Shown: piece by piece, positions 13,101-25,100 of the stretch
How the letters are laid out: each line of letters begins with the position of its first letter
How positions within the stretch are numbered: position 1 is the first letter of the stretch
Source of the DNA: Antedon mediterranea
Lineage: Eukaryota > Animalia > Echinodermata
Assembly (NCBI RefSeq): GCF_964355755.1
Contig: NC_092670.1
Location: 22,182,795 to 22,246,794 of the forward strand
Direction of reading: 5' to 3'
DNA: 64,000 nt
Notes under the pieces: generated by a model
What the model was told of the DNA's origin: nothing
The model's database searches: none
What the model saw: only the letters and a program-made list of their open reading frames with translations
Program-made: the position numbers and the translations under genes

Positions 13101-16100
13101 TGGGATGGGAAAATAGTATTAATAAATATTTTAAAGTTTGTAAACAATAACAAACTAAAAAATGTGAATTATAGTTTTACAAAAGATTAGCTTATCTTGT
13201 TTCATATTTCATTATTTATTATTAAAAACGTATACATGCTTCTTAAATGACAAACTTAGTTCTTCCAATGTTTATAAGGCTGAAAGTGAAATTGTGTACA
13301 GTTTTTAGTTGAACTTACTCTGATGTTGTTCCCGAAACAGCTGCTTCTTCATCAACATCATTCGTAGTTGGTGCAAAAAGTTTTGCTAAAGGAAAAATAC
13401 AATATAATCTCTGTAATTTTATGTTTCTGTCAATGCTAATCATACTACTATAAAGGGCCTTTCACACCTGTTTCAGCACGGTTCTGGTCCAGTGCCGATA
13501 AAATCAAATAAAACCTTTTCACAACGCTTCATGCAGCTTTGCCCTAATCGATATGGTATAATCATGATGATATGATTGATTTGACAAACCCATGTCGGAG
13601 AACAGGTGTAAAAGACTCTTTATAGAGTCATTAAAACTTCAACACCATGTTTCTTATCTGGAATCCAGTGTTGTTTCAGTACTACTTCACCTCTTTTCAT
13701 GTGATGCAACCACTATAAATAGATTCTTTAGAGTAGCTATAATACACCACAGTTTAGAAATAATCTGTGGGTCAGATAGATTGTAAAGCCATATGGTGAG
13801 GCCTCTAGTGGGTCCATTAGAATAAACTCAAATGTTTTAAAGGATATTAAACCTTTTTTAAAGCAATAGTTCTTTGGTAGGTAGGCATACGAAATGCACT
13901 CACAGCCTGATGGTTTGGCTGTTGACAACCCCTGCAATACATACAACTCTAGTTATATAATAGTTGCCAACAAAGTCAATAAGATTACATAGGATTTCAA
14001 TTAACTACTTTGGAGTATTTTGTACTTTATGCTAAGTACATTGAGAATACTAAATATGCCAGTAATTCTCGGGTGGGACTCGAATCCACGACCTCCAAAT
14101 CACTAGCCTGGCATTCATTCATACCTCTAGACCACCAAGCTTGTGCTGATGGCTAGGGGTTAGATTCGAGCCCAAGTAAGCAGCGGGTACTGCACCAGGA
14201 TTGTAATTGTTTGTAACTACTGTGGAGTAGCTTTGCGTCAATGTTTTGCATAATTGGTTGGATGTTATGTCCTACTCTGATGTATTTTGTACTTTATGCT
14301 AAGTACACTGAGAATACTTGCAGAAAAAATGTGTAATTTAAGTAATTCTCGACCAAGATTATGTAGTTATAGATATACACTAAAAAATCATATCATACTG
14401 TAAATTATAGAAACAGTGCTCATATTCGGAACATGATCTCATAATCGCGTCGAGCATAGCTCATTGGCGAAATATAACTAGAGTTGTATGCACTGCAGGG
14501 GTTCTCAACAGCCATACACTATATATATTATTTATATTCAATTTGATAAACTGGTGCGCGTGCGTACAATTGAGGACTAGTGCTGTTCCGCCGTACCACG
14601 CCGAGAGTGTTAAAGAATCGCTATCCAATCGAGTTTGAACAATACCATAAAAGCCCCAGTGGTCTAATGGTTAGGACATCTGCATATCAAGCAGGCGGTC
14701 CGAGTTCGAGTCTCGGTTGGGGCGACTTTTTCTCATTCTCACAGATTTCCTCATCTTTATCGTTTCAAATTAATTAATTAAATTTCAGTATATCACCGGG
14801 CGGTTTAGAATTAATGTTCTTTGCCTGATTTGTTTATATATATAAAAGTATCTCTTCGGAGATCCCGACTCGTAAATAAAAATACTGTAAGATGAGGGCG
14901 TATCAATTTGATCTCTGGTGCGCGTGCGTACAACTGAGGACTAGTGCTGTTCTGCCGTACCACGCCGAGAATGTTAAAGAGTCGCTATCCAATCGAGTTC
15001 GAACAATACCATGAAAGCCCCAGTGGTCTAATGGTTAGGACATATCAAGCAGGCGGTCCGAGTTCGAGTCTCGGTTGGGGCGACTTTTTCTCATTCTCAC
15101 AGATTTCCTCATCTTTATCGTTTAAAATTAATTTATTCAATTTCAGTATATCACCGGGCGGTTTAGAATTAATGTTCTTTGCCTGATTTGTTTATATATA
15201 ATATATAAAAGTATCTCTTCAGAGATCCCGCCTTGTGAATAAAAATACTGAAAGATGAGGGCGTATCAATTTGATCTCTGGTGCGCGTGCGTACAATTGA
15301 GGACTAGTGCTGTTCCGCCGTACCAAGCCGAGAGTGTTAAAGAGTCGCTATCCAATCGAGTTTGAACAATACCATGAAAGCCCCAGTGGTCTAATTACAT
15401 CTGCATATCAAGCAGGCAGTCCGAGTTCGAATCTCGGTTGGGGCGACTTTTTCTCATTTTCACAGATTTCCTCATCTTTATCGTTTAAAATTAATTAATT
15501 AAATTTCAGTATATCATTAGGCGGTTTAGAATTACTGTTCTTTGCCTGATTTGTTTATATATTATTTATATTAATAGCATCTTTTGAATTACCTATTGAA
15601 CCAAGTACAACGCCTGAACTATCTTCAATATCTTCAGCACTTGCATCCTCTAGTGAGTCTATCTTTATGGCAAAGTTTTCAGTTATTGTCAATAAGTCAG
15701 CCTGCAAAAAAGGAAAAGATTATCAAAATCATTCATTTTGTAATACATTGGGTCCTATATTAACAATAGAAACCCAATTTTTGTGTAATTTGAAGTTGGC
15801 TTAGGTCTTAGCCTGTTTTTTGTCCTATTTCGGTGCCTCTGCGAAATTGTGTTATATTATAAAGTTTTAAGCATTTATGTTTATAAAAATGATGAGATTT
15901 GACTGAGATCTAGTCAGATTACATTTTTTATTCAATAATTTGACTGGATTATTATTATTCAATAAATAAGTTTCTAAAAAAAAAAATTTTTAAATTACAT
16001 AAAATACATACAGTATTTATGTTTTACCCAATGATTCTTCCACTACTTATATAGCTTACAATATTTGTGTACTAATACTAATAATAAAACTTGTAATAGT

Positions 16101-19100
16101 AATACTTCTGCTTCACACTATTACCCCGATAAATTTTGGGATCAAATGCATGTGGAAATACTACTCCCATATGCAGTTAGTAATCAGCGCAATTGAGTTT
16201 TGACCTTTACAGGCAAAAGTAAATACAGGATTCAAGCAATGTGTCGATCGTTGGATTCAAACTCATGTAGTCCAACATCTAACACACTGTGCCATGTAAA
16301 TTACTGTTTTAGCTATCTTGTTTTTGTATTATGAATCTTGTATACTGAATCACTTTGGAAATCAATACATTATTTGGCTACATTTACCCACCTTTGTAAA
16401 AACAGTAAGCTGATCTGGTTTCTGAGCTACCAAAGCTACAGAGCTGGATACCTGCCTCATCTGACTCTTGCCTCTTAGGTTTTTTGTAAGTTCGTAAATG
16501 GCCGCAACCATTGCAGTTCTAAGCTCTGTTAAACTTTGTTGAACATCTTCCGATTTCAGAACTAAATATGAAACATATATTGTTATTTATCTTTAGGGAG
16601 CAAGATAAAACAAAGACCATTTATGTACTAGTGTTGATTTATGTATAGCCATGCATTACAAATTCTGTTTATGAGAGTGAAAAGAAGGTTTTTTTTTTAA
16701 GTAATTGTAATAACCTGGAAACTGTTTGAAAACTGGCAAAATTAAACTAAATTTTTAAACACCTGATATTTGGAATTCTGAAATTTGATATCCAATTGTG
16801 GTTTGAGATGCATCCGCCAGTACATTTGATATTTGTGTTGGGGTAACTTGTGTTGAAGAGGAGAATATGATGCCCACTGTGACAATCAATCCCTGCCCCT
16901 CCACGTACTGCTGTTCTTCAATTTGCGTTTCAAGGTATGTGTCCTCCAAAGGTGCCATATTTTCATCAAACTAATGGGAAAAAATGTAATAAAATAAACA
17001 TTATTTATTCACAAGACAGCACAACTCGTTCAATCATCATTGATTGTGTTTATACAAGTTTGTGATACAGTCAAATCTCCGGACTCTCTGAAAACCAGAA
17101 ACTCTCCCAATACCAGACTTTTCTCGGGTTCCAAACTGTTCCAAATTTATTTTTAACATTAAAAACACATCCAGAATACTAGAAGTTTCCAGAAAACCAG
17201 ACATATTTGGCCAGCCCAAAGGTGTCTGGTATTGGGAGAGTTGACTGTATTACAAAATAGCGACAATTAATAAAACATATAAATACAAAAAAGAAAGAAA
17301 CAATTTGGAAAGGAAAATTATAGCAGAATCCTTTCCTTCAAGCACCATTTTATTTATTTTTACTAACCCAGCCTGTAATTGTATCTTCAAAAGTTTGGTA
17401 TGATTGTGACGTTTTATTTGTTACTGTTGATAAGTCAACAATTCCCTCTACCCTGTCAACCAGCATATTAGTCATAAATGTAGTACCCTCTAAATATGAA
17501 ATAAAAAAGATATAATTAAAGGTAGATACAATGTTTCGGGGGTAAGATCAAACATATGCTTAATAAAAAAATCCTCTTAAAGTCCATTTCAAAAGATAAC
17601 ACAAATAAAGTCACTGTTATCACTTTCTTAACTAGACTGATAAATACCAGTGCCATACATCCAACCTTTGTCAAGGATAGATGAGAGGGTACTTGGGAAA
17701 GTGGTGTGATCCTTACGAGAAACCTAGTATGTGCAACAAAAAGTCACACATTAAAAAAGAAATGTTGTTTGTCTGGAGTTGGAGAGACACACCCTGTGGC
17801 GATAGTTGTCTTTGACAGCTCTTGTCTCTCCTGAGTGCTACCTTTTTATGTTTCACTCAAAGGAATAAAATAAAATAAATATTACCAGTAATATTACTGT
17901 CAACATTTATAACTCCGGACGTTGAACTGATGAGATTGGAGGCTGCTGCGCTATCTCCTGCAGAAGCCAGATTTGACAACTCCTCGATGACTCCATAAGC
18001 TTTGGACAGCAAATAGTTAAGTGACACTGGAGCTACCTAAAAGTTCAAAATTAAATGTACTTACTTAGCAAATCAATAAATTTAAAATAGAAAGAGCAAT
18101 GGAAAAAATGGAACACTAATTAGAGTAGAACCCTTAAGGACACCCCTATTCAGGGTACACTTTCTTTGGTTCTCCTGAAATTGTAGGTGCGCTACAAATT
18201 GCACTCCTCAATACATTCAGGGGTGCTGTAGGTGTGCCGTTTGTATTTTGGTGAGTAGAAGTTTACCAAATTTAAGTGTGTTGTAAATCACACTCCTCAA
18301 GGGCAGTTTAGGTGTGTGTTAGTGAGTGATCGCACTCTCTCACCTCAAAAGGAAACGCCTGATAGGGGTTCTATTTTAACACAACAACAGCCAAGATTCT
18401 TAGCATTGTTCTATATGACTGTTTTTAGTATCCTTGCTCACTATACTGTAGTATTTAGTTCATATTTACTGTAGGGTATGGGTGTGTGTGTCTGTCTAAA
18501 CATTAAAATAGTAATTATCAAACCTACTATTACTGTAAGACTGTAACTGTCCCTAAAAGTACCAATTGAATCAGTAACTCGAACTCGAATTTCTCTCTCA
18601 TAGCTAACTTCTTTGTATCCGGGACCTAATGGCATTGCTTTCGACATTATTGGCTCATTGGCTAAAAAGAATGTCAACATAATTAAAGGTTTGCAGTATT
18701 TGAGTTGGAATTTTTTTTTATAAATAATGAGTGAAATTTAAGAGAAAAGTGGAAAGAAAGTGAAGACAAAAAAATGAAAAACATAAGATGTAAGATGTAA
18801 ATGTAAGACTCAATTAGTAGGTCTGTTATAGTTAATCAATAGTAACATTTATAAACATAGTCTTTATTATGTGACTGTGTGTGTAACTGTACTTTGTTAT
18901 TCTCTGCCTAAACCTTGGAAAGCCATTTGACAGCATTTTTTTTATGCCCTTGGTGATTCTGGTTTTTATCATATTTTAATGCATTTAAAAAAAGGATGAA
19001 GTAAGAAATGTGTAAAGTAAGATGAAGAAAGAAGATGTAACTCTAGTAATGTAAAGGTTTCGGTACACCATGTGTAAAGCAAATGAAGTCAAGAATGTCT

Positions 19101-22100
19101 CAATGTTTAGGTTGTTATGCTAAAAACCGTCTGCTGCAAAATGCTAGGTAAGTAAAGATGGGCTGAATATAAAGTAACACAGTGTAAAGGTGATGACCAC
19201 AGTAGGGTAAGAAGCGGGGGTGGGGTGATCACACCGGGTCATACACTGTTCTCCAGGAAAATTATCTTTGCATCTCCTAACCTAAGACGATATAGACTGG
19301 CAAGGTATGGACCAAGCCAAACTAGGCCTATTGACAGACTTGATTTAACAGATTGCATGATAAAATGACTTAGGCCGGATTCAAACCTTATTAGTTCTTA
19401 CTAAAGTATAAGTACTGTATGGTAAAGAAGAGACAATAGTGTCACAGTTGGTGGTGGCCCTCCCAGTGGGAGTGTGTGTGCCAGATGATGCCTAGCCAAA
19501 CATTGGCATGATCACCCACGTTGAATTATTACTAGTCCTACAGGTATACATCTACAACAAGGACATCAATATTACTAATATGTAGCTTAATAACTGAGAC
19601 ATCTTCAACCACATTTATTTCCTTTTGGAAACACATGGTGTATGAAAAATCGAAACTGGTGTTTAAACGCCATGCAACCTTTTAAACAATATTGAAAGAT
19701 AAACTTACCATCATAAAAAATTTCCCAATCACTAACGTTATCAGAACGAACACTGAACTGGTACGTAAGCGGATTATCCTCGTCCACGTAATAATAGCAT
19801 GCCATAGTAAATTTAGTAATAGTTGCTACACCATATGCTGGTTCAATAGTACAATTGCCCTCTGATGGCCGCTCATTAGTTAAGAATTCATAATTTGCCT
19901 CACCTATTTAAGTCAATATGATATTAATTAGTGGCCATATTTCAATCACACTAAAATGCTTACTATTAAAAATAAAATGTCTTTTAGTGTTTTTCCTTAG
20001 CCTACGTAAGTGTATATGCTGAATATGGCAACTGATTGTGAATATGTCTTTTACATAATGTTTCTGTCTTAAAAAGTTGGAAATTAAAAATAAATGCTCC
20101 TGTGTAAATAGGTTCTGGAAAGCTTATATCCCACTACAAAAATTTTTTGTTTTTGAGTTGAATGGTGAGAATATTTTATGAGTTGAAAAATTAACTGCTC
20201 TATTTAACGAGGCGGACATATTCTCTACATTTAACAAATACAAAACATTCATTATTTGTTTTATAACACACCTACTGTTATCAAAATTAATGTACCCATC
20301 GTAAATTATTGACAAAGGCTAGGCCATTAAAAAAAGACAGTGCTCTTATTCTGGACACAGAGTAGAACAGTTTTATACGGTGCGCACTATAAGTTGATTT
20401 TCACAATCAGTCAACAATGTCTCATGGCAACAATTCTCAATCAAAATATTTTTAAAAATATGAACATGCATTAGAACTTGTTAACTGTCAGAACAGATAT
20501 CACTTTTCTGAATGTCACAGCTTTCTGTAAACATTTTGAGAATTTTTGCCACGTGACGTTGACTGTTTGTGCTTGAAAATCAACTTGATGTTTGCGCTGT
20601 CTATAACTGTTCTACTCCGCATCCAAAGTTAGAGCACTGCCATTTTAAAGGGCTTAGCTTCCCGGCCTATCATTCTTCAATGATAATAAAAGTAGATGTG
20701 TTATAAAACAAATAATGCATGTTTTGTATTCGTTGGATGGAGAGAATATTTCATTCGATGAAAAATTAACTGCTCAGCTATTTTCAACTCATTAGAAATA
20801 GAGCAGTCAATTCTTCAACTCATGAAATATTCTCACAATCCAACTCATAAACATCCATTATTTGAATACTACTACAGATATCTAAATATGATGCAGATAT
20901 ATCCATACTAAATATTATAGGTTACGCCTATATGAGATAGACATTACAGCTGTCATTTGTTTGGATAGAGGCCTAAAAGAAAGGAATTGAAATGCAGTGG
21001 GAAGTTGATCAATATTTACCAGGGTTGCTGAAATCTTTATTCCTGCTTGCTATAACTTTTATCTTGTAAGTTTCGTATTCTTCAAATAATCCAGGGTATA
21101 GACCGAGATTGGATTCATTGTGTGCAGTAGATGCCAGCGGCAACCAAGCGTCAGTTCTAACCATCTGGAAAACATCATCATCATTCTGGTGGTATATCTC
21201 CCATCTAAAATGACGTAATAGATTGCAAATATCACTAAATAGAACTGGTAAAATTCTAATAATAAATATATCAATCAAAAAATCGACAAAAAATCCGAAA
21301 ATAACCGTAAACAAATTTGTGTAATATTTTTGTTTAATGTCGCCCTCTACTGATGGGTGTTTCTAAATCTAAGACCAAGCAGAGAGAAAACCATGCGCAC
21401 AAAAGCCAAGGAAGACCCTACGAAATGGTAGTGTGCACAAAATACAACTAAAAATCGTACAAATTCAATGATATACACAATAGACTAGAGTATCATTTAC
21501 TTACAAAATCTATAAACACTTTTCGTTTTTAGTCTTTAGATTTTAAAAAACAAAGCATGATTTTACCTAACATTGCGTTTTTGTCACTTTTAAAAACGTT
21601 ATAACTCGACTACGGTAATTGTACTGAATAGATTTGATTGTGAATCCTTTATTGTGAGCTTTTTTAAAGTATACTTTATAGTCCCTAATATTATCAATAT
21701 CATTTTTGTATTATTATCTTTGAAAATCTATAATTAAATTGATCATGATTAACCATAGTCAATTAACTTTCTATTGACTATGGATTAACGTATTCACAAT
21801 TAATGTGAGGAGTAAATGCGTTTGATTTCTGGATCAAAAATTGAAAAACTAAAATCAAAATATTTTTATAGATTCTCTAAGTAAATGCAATGTTTAATAT
21901 CATTCGTATTGTTCGTATCCCGACAACTACCCCCTGGACAATTACCACCCGGACAGCTACCACCCGGAAAATTACCCCCTAGGACAACTACCCACTCGGA
22001 CAACTACCCCACTAGGATAACTACCCCACTAGGATAACTACCCCACTAGAATAACTACCCCACTAGGATAACTACCCCACTAGGATAACTACCCCACTAG

Positions 22101-25100
22101 GATAACTACCCCACTAGGATAACTACCCCACTAGGATAACTACCCCACTAGGACAACTACCCCACTAGGACAACTACCCCACTAGGACAACTACCCCACT
22201 AGGACAACTACCCCACTAGGACAACTACCCCCTAGGACAACTACCCCTAGGACAACTAACTTCTAGGACAACTAACCTCTAGGACAACTAACCTCTAGGA
22301 CAACTAACCTCTAGGACAACTAACCTCTAGGACAACTAACCTCTAGGACAACTACCCTCCTAGGACAACTACCCTCCTAGGACAACTATCCTCTAGTCCA
22401 ACTGCTATGCCCCTAGGACAACAACACCCCCTGAACAACCACACCTATATCATGACACCTACACCTTAGGTTATAATTACGGTCTTGTAAAACTTATTGA
22501 ACTTCAAAACATAGGGAGAGAGATTGAACTTAAATGAAAGCTTTTAATTTTTTAATATGCATATCGTCTACCCCTAGGACAACTACCCCCTAGGACAACT
22601 ACCCCCTAGGACAACTACCCCCTAGGACAACTACCCCTAGGACAACTAACCTCTAGGACAACTACACCCTCTGAACAACCACACCTATATCATGACACCT
22701 ACACCTTAGGTTATAATTATGGTCTTGTAAAACTTATTGAACTTTAAAACATAGGGAGAGAGATTGAACTTAAATGAAAGCTTTTAATTTTTTAATATGC
22801 GTATCGTCAGCAGTTATTTTACATTAAACGAGAATCGATCAAATTATTAAAACGTATTCAATCTTGAAAAATAAAGGGGTGGGCTATATTTTATATTCTT
22901 GTGTGACATGAAGAGGTCGTATATAAATCTAGGACAATACAGTTTACTAGCTGCACCAGTCAATCAAACAGTCTTTCATTTACAATCAATTCCTCTCCCT
23001 ATGTTTTGAAGTTCAGTAAGTTTTACAAGATCGTAATTATAACCTAAGGTGTAGGTTGTTCAGAGAGTGTTGTTGTTCTAGAGGGGTAGTTGTTCTAGGG
23101 GCATAGCAGTTGGACTAGAGGGTAGTTTTAAGATAGTGGGACTGGATCTTAATATCGATAAAATTGGCCCGATTTTGTTCTCTCTTTTCTTTTTCAAAAC
23201 AAATGTTTTACTGTAAGAGCTTATGTCATGCTGTTTAATGACATTATACGTTTACTACTACAAGTCCAGTAATAATGGAATATTGGTTTGGCTGTTACTA
23301 CTTCATAGAAGAACTTTAATTGATTTGTTTTTTACATTTTCTCCCCACTCTCCCCAAAATAGGACAATAAACGTTTTTAGAACGTAAAGAATAATTATTA
23401 AATTCAATTCAATTCACATTTATTCACGTCCAGAATACAAAAGTAACAAAAACAAAATAATACAAGAAAATGGACGAGGGCAAATCCCAAAAAGATTAGA
23501 ATCTTGTGACGGGATTGCCTTTAAAAATTTAAATTAAGAGAAGAATAAATATAAATAAAGTAAATAAATTAATTTGACAATAAAGAAATAAACAATGAAT
23601 ATAAAACCAGTAGATAAAAGTTGGAATAAAAAGTAAAAAATGATGAACAGAAAAAAGTACAGCTGCATGGCATAGAGCGAATATGATGACAAAATGAGTA
23701 ATAAAGGTAGGATGTGTTTATGACTTAAACATTTCTACTTATTTCATTTTATTCCAATTCGTATTCTGCAGCAAAAAACCTCCTAATTTTACTTTAGATT
23801 AAAAAAAAAAAACCTACACTAATATTTAAAAGCCCATTAAAGCCATTTTAAGTATATGTTTTTTGAACGTAATCCGTTCTAACAAATTAGTAATTCGTTT
23901 GAACGGATTAATAATCTGTTCGAACGAATTAGTAATCCGTTCAAACGAATTGCAACACATACAACAAGTGCCATTTAAAGTATATGTTGTAATTCGTTTG
24001 AACGGATTACTAATCCGTTCAAACGAATTACTAATTTGTTTAAACAGATTAATAATCTGTTCAAACAGATTAGTAATTTGTTTAAACGGATTACTAATTT
24101 GTTATCATTACCATATTTGGGAACATCACACTTATTTTGTCAAACTAGTTTGATAGTGTAGACAGAGCTCAAGAATGATAAACAATTACCTACCGGTAAT
24201 AATATGTAAAATGTCTTTTCCATTTCCGATCTTTTCCTTCCAGTGCAAACTTGCTAGTTGGGTTTATCTTTTCACCACAGTTGATCTTACCGCTGTTTTA
24301 ATTTAAAAACATAGTTAGTTGCACATTTTCGTAATATCAGATGTTAAAGAATTCACTACGATTACAGTGATTGTACATAATATTTATTAATATATATATT
24401 TAAATACTGTGATATTATTACTTACTTAATTTTCATATCAGGTGGGTCCCCTTCACTGACAATCCATTGCTGAGTGAAAGTTGCTGATTTATATTCAGGT
24501 CTTGACTCTTTTTTTATTATAAGTTTCACCTCATAAATCATATCCCAATACATACCCGTTGTATTCATAATAAACTTTGAAGTTGTATAATTTAACTTTC
24601 CTGCAAATAAGTATTTGTTTTGAGTAGATCAGTGGGTAGAACGGCTATGAACGCTCACTTGTGCCCCAGATCATAAGCGGTCACAATGCAACTAACCAAC
24701 TAAAACTAGGCACCTTTTCCCATTACGTTACGCCACTGGAGTAGATCATAGGTAGATTCAATTTAAAATTTTCCAAATCTATTGGTAAAACATCACATTT
24801 TATGTGAAAATGTTACTTGAATTGGGTCAAATTTTTTAGTGGTATGTTTTTCTACTCTGTAATTTAGAGATAAATTATAATTACATGGTCAAATTTGATT
24901 TTTAATATTTGTAGAGAGCTTTCGATTTTCGATGAATTACAACCTAGGAACAAGCTCTGTCTACACTATCAAACTTAATGTGACTAAAAAAAGTGATGTG
25001 TTCATACAGTATGGACATGATGATCTCATATCTATCTATCATATTTGGGCACATTACACTTTTTTGTGAAGCTAATTTGATAGTGTAGAGCTTAAGTAAT

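Noticed and set aside
14580-15498. Three similar short ORFs (MLFRRTTPR...)
   Set aside because: They are translations across the tRNA-containing repeat, with non-ATG starts and indels.
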